A stretch of 64,000 bases of DNA. Source: the human T2T-CHM13v2.0 reference genome, Homo sapiens. Under the pieces are notes generated by a model. That model saw only the letters and a program-made list of their open reading frames with translations. It ran no database searches and was not told where the DNA came from. Positions 30,410 to 44,226 of the stretch are shown here, in pieces; positions within the stretch are counted from its first letter, which is position 1, and every line of letters starts with the position of its first letter. The stretch is taken from NCBI RefSeq assembly GCF_009914755.1, contig NC_060947.1; one strand, 5' to 3'. The translations under genes were made by a program, and so were the position numbers.

Positions 30410-33400
30410 AGAAGAGTGGCCAAGATGGCCAACTATAAGTGGCTACTGTATGTGGCTTTCATGGAGAGGAACGGAAAGAGTGAGTAAATACATCACCTTC
30501 ATCTGAGACATTCGGGTACTCACATTGGGACTAATCAAGGAAACAACTTGACCCACACAGAATGAAGAAAAGCAAGGCAAAACAACAGGCCATCCAGAAG
30601 CAACACAGGGCCAGGGGAACATCCTCCACCCAGGGAAGCAGTGAGTAAATGTGCGACTTCAGGAAACCATGCTTCTTCCATGGATCTTTCCAACTCTAGG
30701 GTCAGGATGTCTCTTTGTAAACCCACTCCACCCATGCCTTCAGTCTGGGAAACAGAGCTAAAAGGAGTCTCAGCAGAGCAGCCACTCATGCATGCACAGC
30801 TAGCCTAAGATACTTGGCCTTTCCAACAAATAAAGTTCCAGCAAAGTGGGAGGTTAGACACCCATACATACTCCTATAAAAGAGGCTTACTCCTTGGGCC
30901 TGAGCAGTGACAGCCTGAAGGCCCCACTTCCATGGCATCTCACAAGATAAGACCCATTGACTTGAAATTCCAGCCAGCCACCAATGGCGATATTGCATCC
31001 CCCTAAGAAGGAGCTCTTGAAGCTAGGCACAGGCCTCCATCTTTACCGTTTGGGCACCCTAGCCCTTTCAGCCTTCAGGCTTTGGAGAGTCCGAGCCTAC
31101 TGGGGATGTTAGGGATCCCCCAGTACAACACAGCTGCTCTATCAACATGTGACCAGACTGCTGCTTTAAGTGGGTACCAGATCCTGCTCCTCCTCACTGG
31201 ACGGATGTCCCAAGCAAGGCTTCCAGCCACACTCGCCCATGTTCTCCAGTGAAAAAAGGGTAGAATTCTTCCTGGTAGAGTGCTCCCAGAGAGAAGGGTG
31301 AGCCACCATCTTTGCTATTTGGGTGACTTAGTCATTCTAGCCTTTGGGCTTTGGAGAGTCCAAGGCAACCAGAGGCAAAAACGAGCTCCCAGCACAGTAT
31401 AACTGCTCCACCAAAACGTGGCCAGATTGATTCTCCAAGTGGGTCCTTGATCCCATTCCTCTTAACTGGGTGGACCTGAAAACTGGGGCCTCCAGCCACC
31501 CCTGCCAGTGTTTTCTAGCCTACAGAGATTTGTAACCTCCCTAGTATAAAGCTCCCAGAGAGATGAACAGGCCATCATTTTTGCTTTTTAGGTCACTTAG
31601 CTATTCTAGCCTTTGAGTTTTGGAGCGTCCGAATGGACCATGGGCTGAAGGACTCCCAGAAAAGCACAGCTGCTCTACCAAAACGTGGCCAGACTGCTTT
31701 TTTAAGCGGGTACCCAATCCAGTTCCTTCTCACGGGGTGAGACCTCCCAACCAGGGTCTGAAGCCACCTCCTAAAGGTGTCTTCGGGCTGGTGACAGGCC
31801 TGTACCTCCCTGTGATGTAGCTTTCAAAGGAATGGACAGGCTTCCATCTTCACTGTTTTGCAGTCTTCATTGGTGATACCTCCAGGTACTGCAAAATCCA
31901 AGGTGAGTAGAAACTGGAGCAGGCCCCCAGCATGCTGCAGCAGCCCTATGAAAAAGTTACGTGAGTGCCCACTCTCATATCTCCTCATCAGGTGCATCCT
32001 CCAAGCTTGGGACTTCAGCCAACCCATGCCAGACATACTGAGCCAGTAACAAGTTGACAACTCCCTGGACAGAGCCTCCTCCAGGGGTAGTTGAAAACCT
32101 CTCTGTCACTGCCTCTGCAATGAAACTACCCTTGCCACCCCCAGACTAACTAAGGAGCAAAGATCCTTAGTGCTTTATCCACACCTCCAACAAGCTGCAA
32201 TTGACCCAGGAGAGAAGAACAATTCATCCCCCACGGGTCTAGCACACACTCCACTGCTCATCACAAGAGAGGGAAACCCTGGCTTGGGTCCATAACACAG
32301 ACCCTCTGTCCTAGAATGATTGCACTGAGCAATTGCTGACCTGCACCTCTCTGGGGAGGAGCCCCCAGGAGACAAAAAAACCCTCAGCCACAACCACTAC
32401 TAAGATCCCTTCCTCTGCTGCCTCCAAGTTAGGGAAAGAACATAAACACTGAGACCATCCTAGAACTGCAGAGGGAAGCCCAGGAATCCCAAGTCATAAT
32501 CTATAGCCAACATTCAAGAAGGAGACGAATCCACACTTTCAGAGCATTGAGAGGGAAAATGGTTGCAACTGTAAGGAAACAGCGGAGTCAGACAACTTGA
32601 GTAAGAGTCTACCAACTGGCTAATAAGCCTAAGTGCCACCTGCTGGATCACACCTCAGAGCTTCAACACCAAAACTACTTCACTCACATATCCCCCTATA
32701 AAACCAGAGACAAGAAGTTAGTTTCAAATAAAGACCCTGCATACAACCTTGGCCTGGTGAAAACATCCAGAAAAGAAGCCTATTGACTGTAATCAATCTA
32801 CACTGCAGTTAAAGGAACACCCACATGCAGAGATGAGTAAGGACCAATGCAAGAAGTCTGGTAACTGAAATGGCCTAAATGTCATATGTCCTCCAAATGA
32901 CCACATCTGTTCTCCAACAGGAGTTCCTAACCAGGATGAACTGGATGGAATGACAGAAATATAATTCAGTATATGGTTAAGGACAAAGATCATTGAGATC
33001 CAGGAGGATGGCAAAACCCAACCCAAGGAAAATTAAAAAATAACAACAAAGCAATATGGGAGCTGAAGGACAAAATAGCTAGTATAAAAAAAGAACCTAA
33101 CAGGTCTGAAACAGCTGAATAACACAATACAAAAATTTCACAATGCAATCACAAGTATTAACTGGTTAATAAACCAAGCTGAGAAAAGAATCCCAGTAAT
33201 TAAAGATCTGGTTCTTTCTGGTCAGAACTGGTTCTCTGAAATAAGAGGGTAAGACAGAAAAAAAGAAAAAAGAATAAAAAAGAATAAACAAAACCTCTGA
33301 GTAGTATGTGACTATGTAAAGAGGCCAAATCTATGAATCAACGATATGCCTGGAAGGGAGGGAAAGAAAGCAAACAACTTGGAAACAATATTTCAGAATG

Positions 33401-36400
33401 TCATCCATGAAAACTTACCCAATCTTGCTAGAGAGGCCAACAATAAAATTCGGGAGATGCAGACAATTCCTGCAAGAGTCTACACAAGAAGACCATCTGC
33501 AAGTCACATAATCATCAGATTTTTCCAAAGTCAAAATTAAAAAAAAAAAAATTCTAAAGGCAGCTAGAAAGGAAAGACAGGTAACCTACAAAGGAAAACT
33601 CATCAGACCTAAAGGCAGACCTCTTAGCTGAAACCCTAAAATCCAGAAGAGATTGGGGGCCTATATTTAACACTCTTTAAGAAAAAATTTTTTTCAACCA
33701 AGAATTTCATATCCAGCCAAACTAAGTTTTCTAAGTGAAGGAGAAATAATATAAGACCACTACCAACTAATACAAAACACACTTACATACACAGACCAGT
33801 GTCAGTATAAAGCAACCACACAAAGAAGCAAACATACAAATCAGCTAAGAGCCCAATGACAGAATCAAATATACATATATTAATACTAACTTGAATGTAA
33901 ATGGTCTAAATACCCCACCTAAAAGGCACAGACTGACAAGCTGGATAACAAAGCAAGACTTAATGGTAAGCTGTCTTCAAGAGACCCACCTGACATGTAA
34001 TGACACTCATAGGCTCAAAATAAGGGGAGGATAAAAATCTACCAATCAAATGGAAAACAGAAAAAAAGCAGGGGTTGCCATCCTAATTTCAGACAGAACA
34101 ACAGACTTTAAAACAACAAAGATGAAAAAGACAAAGAAGGGCATTACATAATGAGAAAGGATTCAATTCAACAAGAAGAGCTAACTATCAGAAATATATG
34201 TGCTCCCAATACAGAAACACCCAGATTCATAAAGCAAGTTCTTAGAGACCTTCAAAGACACATAGGCTCCTCCATTGACAGTATTAGACAGATCATCAAG
34301 GCAGAAAATTAAAAAAAATTCAGGACCTAAACTCAACATTGGACCAAATGGATCTCATAGACCTCTACAGAATTCTCCTTTAAAAAGCAGCAGAATATAC
34401 ATCCTTCTCATTGCCACATGGCACATTCTCTAAAATCGACCACATAATTGGACATAAAACAATCCTCAACAAATGTAAAACAAAATTCTACCAAAAACAC
34501 TCTTGAATCACAGTGCAATAAAAATAGAAGTAAAGACTATCAAAATTGCTCAAAAACATGCAATTACATGGAAATTAAACATCATGCTCCTGAATGACTT
34601 GGATAAATAATGAAATTAAGGCAGAAATAAAGAAGTTCTTTGGAAATAATGAGAACAAAGATACAACATACTAGAATCTTTGGGACACTGCTGAGGCAGT
34701 GTTAAGAGGGAAATTCTTAGCACCAAATACCCACATTAGAAAGTTAGAAAGATCTCAAATTAACAACCTAACTTCACAACCAAAAGAATTAGAGAAGCAA
34801 GAACAAATCATCCCCAAAGGTAGCAGAAGATGAGAAATAAAAATTTGAGCTACACTGACAAAAAGAGAGACACAAAAAACCATCCAAAAAGTCAATGACT
34901 CTAGAAGTTCGTCTTTTAAAATAAATTAATAAAATGGATAGGCCACTGGCTAGACTAATAGAGAAGAAAAGAGAGAAAGTCCAAATAAACACAATTAGAA
35001 ATGACAGGAAATGTTACTACTGAACCCACAGAAATAATAACAACCATCAGAAAATATTACAAAAACCTCTGGTCACAAACTAGAAAATCTAGTAGAAATG
35101 GATACATTCATGGGCACATACACTCTCTCAAGAATGAAGTAGGAAAGAACTTATTCCTTGAAGAGACCAATAAAGAGCTCTAAAATCTAATCAGCAATAA
35201 ATAGCCTGCCAATCAAAACAACCCCAGAACCTGATAGATTCATAGCCTAATTCAACCAGATGTACAAGGAAGAGCTAATACTACTCCTGCAAAAACTATT
35301 CCAAAAAATGGAGGAGAAGGGACTTCTCCCAAACTCATTCTATGAGGCAAACATCATCTTGATACCAAAACCTTGCAAGGACACACACACACACAGACAC
35401 ACCTCAGAAAAATATCCCTGATAAACATCAATGCAAAAATCCTCAACAAAATACTTGAAAACCGAATCCAGCAGCACATAAAAAGAAAAGAGAGAATTTA
35501 CCAAGATCAAGTAGGGTTTACTCCCTAGATGCAACATTGGTTCAAAATATGCAAATCAATAAATGTGATTCACCACATAAACAGATCTAAAGACAAAAAC
35601 CGTATGATTATCTCAATAGATCCATTAAAGTCTTTTGATAAAATTCAACATCTCTTCATGTTGAAGGGTCTCAACAAACTAAGTATTAAAGAAACATAGC
35701 TCAAAATAATAAGAGCCATCTATGACAAATCCACAGTGAGCATTATAATTAATGGGCAGAAGCTGAGACCATTTCCCTTGAAAACTGCCTAAGACAAGGG
35801 TGCCCTCTCTCACCACTTCTATTCACCATAGTATTGGAAGTTATAGTCACAGTAGTAAGGCAAAATAAAGAAATAAAGGCATCCAATTAGGAAGAAAGGA
35901 AGTCAAACTACCTCTGCTTGCAGACAACATAATTCTATATATAGAAAACCCCATAGTCTCAGCTCAAAAGCTCTTTCAGATGATAAATTCAGCAAAGTTG
36001 CAGGGTACATAATCAGTGTACAAAAATTACTAGCATTTCTCTCACCAACAACAGCCAAATGGAGAGCCAAATCAGAAATGTAATCTTATTCACAGTTGCC
36101 ACAAAAAGAATAAAATACCTAGGAATACAGCTAACCAGGGAGGTGAAAGATCTCTACAGTGAGAATTACAAAACACTGCTCAAAGAAATCAGAGAAACAA
36201 ATGGAAAAACATTTCTTGTTTATGGGTAGAAAGAATCAATACCACTAAAATGGCTATACTGCCCATTGAAATTTACAGATTCAGTGCTATTCCTATGAAA
36301 CAGCAAGTGACATTCTTCACAGAACTAGAAATAACTATTTTAAAATTCATATGGAACTGAAAAAGAGCCTTAATAGCCAAAGCAATCATAAGCAAAAAGA

Positions 36401-37051
36401 GCAGGGTGGAGATATGCTACCTGACTTCAAACTATACTACAAGACTACAGTATCCAAAACAGCACGGTACTGGTACAAAAACAGGTCAATAGACCCATTG
36501 AACACAATAGAGAGTCCAGAAATAAGGTGACAAATTGATGATGATCTGATCATCAACAAAGCTGACAAAAACAAGCAATGGGGAAAAGACTCCCTACTCA
36601 ATAAATGGTGCTGGGATGACTGGTTAGCCATATACAGAAAATTGAAGCAGGACAGCTTTTTTTACACCATATACAAAAATCAACTCAGTATAAATTAAAT
36701 ACTTCATTGTAAAACCCAAAATTATAAAAATCCTGGAAGACAACCTAGGCAATACCATCCTGGATATAGGAAAGGGCAAAGATTTCATGACAAAGACACC
36801 AAATGCATTTGCAATACAAGCGGAACTTGACAAGTGGGATTAAATTATACTTAAGAGCTTCTGTGCAGAAAAAGAAGTTATCAACAGAATAAACAGAAAA
36901 CCTACAGAATGGGAAAAAATATTGGCAAACTATGCATCTGACAAGGGTCTAATATCCACCATCTTTAAAGAGCTTAAACACATTTACAAGAGAAAAACAA
37001 ACAACCCCATTAAAAAGTGGCAAAAGACATGGACACTTTTCAAAAGAAGAC
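30410..37051 (+). mobile_element. L1PA13-15-like LINE-1 with long (about 2.4 kb) 5'UTR; own 3' end missing
   Basis: 5' gtggccaagatggccaacta (YY1 site 30421-30430); ORF1 from about 32833; ORF2 from about 33856; homology stops at caaaagaagac. Confidence 0.85.
31037..31870 (+). repeat. About 268-bp degenerate tandem units in the L1 5'UTR (3 units plus the start of a 4th)
   Basis: ccatc..t...tag...cagcc/tagcc...ttggag.gtcc recurs at about 31037, 31306 and 31572; ccatctt recurs again near 31845; acagctgctct..caa.a.gtg.ccaga.tg recurs in each unit. Confidence 0.85.
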
Positions 37052-37645
37052 AGTTTTACTATTCAATATATACCCAAAGGAAACAAAATAAGTTCATCAA
37101 AGAGATATCAGCCCTCTCATGTTCACTGCAGCACTATTCACAGTAGTCTAGATACAGAAACAGTGGAAGTGTTCATTAGTGGATTAATTGATAAAGAAGA
37201 TCTGGTATCAATGCACGATATAATATGCTTTAGCTTTAAAGAAGGAAATCTTGTCCTTTGTGATGACATGGATACAAGTGGAGAACCTTATGCTAAATGA
37301 AATAAGAGCAGCACACATAACATATGGTCTCACTTATATGTGGAATATAAAAAAGTTGATCTTATAGAATCAGATAGTAAAATGGTGGTTACCATGAGCT
37401 TGGGGGAGAAGGGCCATTAGGGGAGATGATCAAAGGACAAAAATTTTCAGCTAGAGACAATACATTAATAACAGTGCATTGTAGTCTTGAGAATTGCTGA
37501 GAGAGTAGATTTGAAGTGTTCTCACCACAAAAAAGTGATAATTATGTGAGATAACACATATGTTAATTAGCTTGATTTAGACATTCCACAATGTGTACAT
37601 ATTTCAAAACAAAATGTACACAGTAAATACATACATTTTTTCTTA
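37052..37645 (+). mobile_element. 3' end of an older L1MA4-7-like element
   Basis: caaagagatatc...gcagcactattcac; 3'UTR gagagtagatttgaagtgttctcaccac...gttaattagcttgatttag. Confidence 0.8.
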
Positions 37646-37699
37646 CAAATTTCTTTATTTCCACCCATTTAACATAACCATAGCCATAAACCATACGTA

Positions 37700-37756
37700 C
37701 TTCTATTTATTTTATTTTATATTAAGAGGGCACATATGCAGGTTCATTACTTGGTA
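37700..37756 (-). mobile_element. Short L1PA15/16-like 3' tip
   Basis: tttattttatattaagagggcacatatgcaggttcattac resembles an L1 3' terminus. Confidence 0.45.
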
Positions 37757-38035
37757 TGAGGTAGGTTAGATAGTGTGGTTATAGCCTTTCTTAAATGTGA
37801 ACAAACTGGCTAAATAGATGGAGGGAAAAAAATCACCCAACAGTGCACAAACCACATCATGGGTTCTTGGTTAGAACATCCTGCAGCAAGGATGTAGAAC
37901 AAAAGAGAACATCCTCAAATGTGCATAAGTGCAGAAACCCATGATTAGTGTCCTTGGGCTGATAAATGCTCATTATAATTATAAAAAAGACACAGCACTA
38001 TGTGGAAATTTAATATGCTAATGAGACATTAGCAT
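37757..38035 (+). mobile_element. Truncated ERV LTR fragment (ERVL class, MER54-like; family uncertain)
   Basis: TG start (tgaggtagg); ttagaacatcctgcagcaagg, gcagaaacccatgattagtgtccttgggctga and atgctaatgagac recalled as LTR sequence. Confidence 0.5.
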
Positions 38036-38820
38036 ATTAAACATTAAAATGGTCATACTGTCTGAAGCAATCTACATGTTCAACACTATTCCTAACAAAT
38101 AATCAACATCATATATCACAGAATTAGAAAAAACCATTCTAAAATCATATGGAACCAAAAAAAAGAGCCAAACTAGCCAAAGCAATCTTAAGCAAAAAGA
38201 ACAAAACCAGTGACATCACGCCCGACTTCAAACTACACTACGCTGTTATAGTAACCACAACAACATGGACTCATAGAAAAATGGACATATAGACCAATGA
38301 AACAGAATAGAGACCCCTGAAATAAAACTGCACTCCTAAAACCAACTGATTTTTGACAAACTCAAGAAAAATAAGCAATGAAGAAAGGATGTCTTATTCA
38401 ATAAATGGTGCTGGGAATACTGGCTAACTATATGAAGATGAAAAAAATTGGACCCCTGTCTCTTACCATATGCAAAAATTTATTCTACATGGAATAAAGA
38501 TTTAAGTGTAAGACTTCAAATTATAAAAATCCTAGAATTAAACCTAGGAAATACTCTTCTGGACATTGACTGTGTCAAAAAATTTATGATGAACTCCTCA
38601 AAAGCAAATCCAACAAAAATTAGAATTGATAAGTGGGACTTAATTAAACTAAGAAGCTTTTGTGCAACAAATAAAGTATCAAAAGAATAAACAGACAACC
38701 TACAGGTTGAGAGAAAATATTTGCAAACTATACTTCCAACAAAGGTCATATAAAGAAATATATGAGATATTGGCAATTTATTTATATACCAATGGCCGAC
38801 ACACATTAAAAAATGCTCAA

Positions 38821-41800
38821 TCTTTTTTTATTTTTCAAGATGGCAGATAGAAGGCATTGCTAGCATGTCTCTTCCACTTGGAAGGAGAGAACAGTGTGAA
38901 GATTCACACTGTGAACTTTTCTTTCAAGAACCACTGCAGGAACATACCCTGAAAACTGAAAGAATTTACAGATTATTTTTTAAAAAGTGGCATACCACGG
39001 CAAACTCCATGACAAAGGTGAAAAACTGTTTCCAGAGTGTGAGAAGGGGAGACCCTACCTCTTAACACAAATCTACACTGGGGAATATGAAAATCCAGAC
39101 CAAGGGGAAAGGCTTTAACCCTACCTAGAGCAAGAATAGATTTAGAAAGTGGCGTGAATTATAAAAATAGAGTTGTAGGAAGAGTCTTCTGTTTATTCCT
39201 AGTCTTCAGCTTGAGCCAAGGGAAGTGGAAGCTATCACTGAGTATATCCCACAGAGAACCCATAGGTAAGTCAGCCAGTGAACTCAGGGAAGTGTCACAG
39301 GGTGAAAGAAGCTTCCAACTGAATTTTGTGGTGTAATTTTGAGTGGCCATAAACTCACTTGAACAGAATCTGGGGGGCAAGCGAGAAGTACTGTAAATAT
39401 GAGCACAGGAGCTGGGCACCCAGCATTGCAGGCAAATGGAAAGTTGTGTGGACTGAAAGCCATGCTTGCTTTCTCAACAGGGAAGAATATGGCTGGGGTC
39501 AGATCTGAGTTCTCTGCACAGGCTGCCTGATTCTAAACTCGGTGTTGTTAGTAGAGCACTGCAAGAGCAAGACCAGCCTCACCAACTTCGTGGGAGCTGG
39601 GTGAAGCCTATCACTACTGGCTATTTCTTACTTTTCTTGCAGAGGCAGTCATACTCCTCTCTGGAACACAACCCCATTGGCCTGAGAACCATACCCCACA
39701 ATCCCCCACAGGGGCTGTGAAAAGCCCTGCCCAAGGAGTGTCTGAGCTCAGACCTGGCTAACCATTCCCAGACTTAATGGTATTGCTCTACCAACCCTGT
39801 TAGCTTAACACAAAAGGCATAAATTATTGTGAGATTTATGTCCCTGCCAATCACCTGAGAAACCAAAATACTTCCCCTGACCAACAAAGGGTAAGCTCAA
39901 ATTCCACTACTACTACCACAGCTGGTGCTGTCTTACAAGTGTCACTTCCTCACTGGAGGCCATTAAACTCAGGCTATTAAAGAAACTCGTGGCAGAATAA
40001 CACTGCTCCCAAGAAGGAGAAAATAACAGCTGACACCACTGCATGCAACTCAGTGACTAATAAGAAGTCCTGAGTCTGTCCACTTGACAACATCACTGCT
40101 AGCAAAACCAGCATTTGAGAAAGCCAGCACAGTAATCCCATCTACAGCCAAGGAAAATCAGAATCTATATTACTCCCCTGCCATCTCATTATAGCAGGTA
40201 CTGGTACCCATGGCTGGGAGACCTGAAGACTGGTCTCATTATTGGACTCTTTGCAGACATTCCCCAGCACCAGACTGGAGCCCAACAGCCCCACTGGGTG
40301 GCTACACCCAGAACAGCAATAACAATCACTGCAGTCTGGCTCTGAAGAAGCCCCATTCCTAGGGAAAGAGGGAGAGTACCACATCAAGGGATTACCTGGT
40401 AGGACAAAAGAATCTGAACAGCAGGCTTGAGATCCAGACCTTTTCCTGGTGGAAAGTTTCTCACAGCAGAGACAATTTCAGTGCTGGGTGCAGTATGGAA
40501 TGTCTGCACCTCTACCCCAACAGCCAGGCAGCCTCTGTGATCACGAAGGGCTTTGAAGAAGAGGTCCTTTTTCCCCTCCGGCACTCCACTGCAGACAGAT
40601 CTGGGGCTCCCCCCTACAGAAATGCAGCATAGATGCACCTACAGACAGCCTTCTTAGAACAATCTAGGGTGAGTGCAGCCCCACAGAAGGAACATCCCCC
40701 AGATTCAAACCTGCCTGACAGGCAAATGATATACACAAATCAATAGCATGGCTATACACCAACAATGACCAATCTGAAGATCAAATCAAGAACTCAACCC
40801 CTTTTATCACAACTGCAAAAAAATAAAATAAAACATTTAGAAATACACTTAGCCAAGGACGTGAAAGATTTCAACATGGAAAAACTACAAAACCCTACTG
40901 AAAGAAATCATGGATGACACAAACAAATGAAAATACATTCCGTGCTCATGGATGGGTAGAATCAATATTGTAAAAATTACCTTACTGCCAAAAACAATCC
41001 ACAGATTCAATGCAAATCTCATCAAAATATTATGATTATTACTTACAGAACTAGAAAAAACATTTTAAAATTCATATGGAACCAAAAAAGAGCCCACATA
41101 GCCAAAACAATACTAAGCAAAAAGAACAAATCTGGAAGCATCACATTACCTGACTTCAAACTATGCAATAAAGCCATAGTCACCAAAACAGCATGCTGCT
41201 GGTATAAAAATAAGCATGTAGACCAATGGAACAGAATAGAGAACCCAGAAATAAAGTTAAATATTTAAAGGCAACTGATCTTTGACAAAGCACACAAAAA
41301 CATAAATTGAAAAAAGGACACCCTATTCAACTGATGATGTTGGGTTAACTGGCAAGCCATATATAGAATAATGAAACTGAATCACCATCTCTTATCTTAT
41401 AAAAAAACCAACTCGAGATGGATGAAGCACTTAAATCTAAGACCTAAAATCATAAAAGTTTTAGAAGATAACATCAGAGAAACCCTTCTAGACATTAGCT
41501 TAGGCAAATAATTTATGACAATGAACCCAAAAGCAAATGCAACAAAAACAAATTAAATAAACTAGATCTAATTAAACTAAAAAATTTCTGCACAGCAAAA
41601 GAAATAATTAACAGATTAAACTGACAAGAGTGGGAGAAAATCTCTGCAAACTATACATCTGACAAAAGACTAATATCCAGAATCTACAAGGAACTCTAAC
41701 AAATCAGTAAGAAAAAAAAATCCCATCAATAAGTGGGCAAAGGATATGAATAGACAACTCCCAAAATAAGATATACAAACAACCAACAAACATATAAAAA

Positions 41801-42545
41801 ATGCTCAACTTCACTAATTTCAGGGAAATGCAAATTAAACTCACAATGAGATATCCCCTTACTCTTGTAAGAATGACCATAATTTAAAAATAAAAAAAAA
41901 ATGTTGTCATGGATGTGGTGAAGAAGGAAAATGTTTACACTGCTGGTGGGAATGTAAACTAGTACAGCCACTATAGAAATCAGTATGGAGAATCCTTAAA
42001 AACAAAGAGGAGAACTACCAATTGATGTAGCAATTCCACTACTGGGTGTCTATCCAAAGAAAAATAAGTTATATGAACAAGACACATGCACACACATGTT
42101 TATAGAAGCACAATTCAAAATTGCAAAAATGTAAAACTAACCTAAATGCTCAAACACTAATGAGTGGATAAAATATGGTCTAGATACACCATGGAATATT
42201 AGTCATAAAAAGGAATGAGACAATATTATTTGTAGCAACTTGGATTGAGTTGGAGGCCGTTATTCTAAGTGAAGTAACTCAGGAATGGAAAAGCAAATAC
42301 TGTGTGTTCTTACTTATAACTGGGTGCTAAGCTATGAGAATGCAAAGGCATAAGAATAATAGAATGCACTTTAGGGACCCAGGAGGAATGATGAGAGTGG
42401 GGTGAGGTATAAAAAACTACATATTGGGTACAATGTACAATGCTAGGGTGATGGGTGCACCAAAATCTCAAAAATCACCACTAAAGAACTTGTCCATATA
42501 ACAAAAAACCACCTGTTTCCCCAAAACTATTGAAATAAAAATTTT
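38821..42545 (+). mobile_element. L1PB2-like LINE-1 with both termini but internally deleted
   Basis: 5' caagatggcagatag; 3' ccccaaaactattgaaataaaa; TSD aaaatgctcaa at 38810-38820 and 42546-42556; the 5'UTR joins late RT sequence at about 40723. Confidence 0.88.
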
Positions 42546-42923
42546 AAAATGCTCAAACCCACTAATAATCAGATAAATACAAATTAACACTACAAGGATA
42601 TACTATCTTACCTTACTCAGAATGGCTATTACTACAAAGTCAAAAAGCAACAGATTTTAGTGAGGATGTGAAGAAATAGAATGCTTATACACTGTTGGTG
42701 GGATGTAAATTTGTAAAACCTGTATGGAAAACAGGTTGGAGAATTCTCAAAACAGTAAAAATAGAACTGTTATTCCACTCAGCAATCCAACTATTGGATG
42801 CCTACCCAAAGAAAAAATGTTATATCAAAAAGACACCTACACTCATATGTTTATCACAGCAACATTACAGTCTCAAAAATATGTAATCAACCTCAGTGTC
42901 CATCAACAGTTGTTTGAATAACT

Positions 42924-42960
42924 ATACACACACATGCACACACACACAGACACACAAACA
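42924..42960. repeat. Imperfect (CA)n microsatellite
   Basis: atacacacacatgcacacacacacagacacacaaaca. Confidence 0.8.
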
Positions 42961-43818
42961 TGCCATTAAATACTACTCAGCCATTAAAAATAATAAAATT
43001 ATGTGCTTTGCAACAAAATGGACGCTGCTGAAGGCCATTATTTTAAATAAGATCGCCCAGTAACATAAAGTCAAATACCACATTCTCTTGCTTATAATTG
43101 GGAGCTAAATAATCTGTACTCATGGAAATAGAGAGCAAAATCATAGGCACTGCAGACTCAGAGGGGTAGGAGAGTGAGAGGGGGTGATGGATGAAGAATT
43201 ACCTAATAAGTACAATGTACACTATTCGAATGATGGTTACACTAAAAGCCCAGATTTCAGATTTCACCACTACATAATATATCCATGTAACAAAACTGCA
43301 AGTGTACCCTATACATCTAGAAAAAGAAAAAGCAAGTTTATGAGGAAAAAAGAAATAGTGGCTTAAATTTTCTCAAAGTTTATGGAAAACATTAATCTAC
43401 ACATCAAGAAGCTCAATAAACTCTACATACGATAAACTCAGAACTCAGAGATCCCCACCTAGACATGATAATCAAAATTTTGAGAAACAAAGATGAATAG
43501 AGCATCTTGAAAGCATCAGAAGATAAGTTCCTCATTAATAAGGATTCTCAGTAAGATTTATAGATGATTTCTGACAGAAACCATAGAGCCTGTAAGCAAT
43601 GGGATGACATCAAAGTGCTGAAAGACTGTTTCATACACAGAAACACTTTCAAGAATGAGAGAGAAATTAAGAAATTCTTATATTAGCAAGAACTAAGAAG
43701 AGAGCTTGTTGCTAGCAGCCACTTGCCCTACACAAAATGCTAAAATGTGACCTTTAGGCTGAAATTCAAGCACTCTATGTAGTAACTAGAAACCACATGA
43801 ATAAAAGAACTAGTAATT

Positions 43819-44179
43819 TTTTTCTATTTCAACAGATTCTGAATATAAATGGATACACGTTGTTTTTGGTTACATGGATAAATTCTAAGGTTGTGGATTC
43901 TGATATTTTAGTATATGTGTATTCCAAGCAGTGTACACATACCAAATACGTAGTCTTATTCCTCACCCTTCCCCAGATCCCCCACTGAGCCTCCCAAGTT
44001 CAATATATTATTCTGTATGTCCTTGCATCCTCATAGCTTAGATTCCACTTATAAGTGAGAACATACAGCATTTGGTTTTCCATTCTTGGGTTAATTCACT
44101 TAGAATTATGGCCTCTAACTCTATCCAAGTTGCTGCAAAAGACATTATTTCATTTCTTTTTATGGCTGAGTAGTATTTC

Positions 44180-44226
<47 letters not shown>

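Larger units (their letters stand above)
38040..43335 (+). mobile_element. 5'-truncated L1PB4-like LINE-1 (pieces 38040-38820 and 42546-43335)
   Basis: ORF2 peptide DPCLLPYAKI...[13 protein letters not shown]; 3' end gatggttacactaaaagcccaga...catgtaacaaaactgca. Confidence 0.85.

Noticed and set aside
31037-31870. CRISPR-like or satellite array
   Set aside because: The units are long, degenerate, homologous along their length and inside an L1 5'UTR; there is no repeat-spacer pattern or cas gene.
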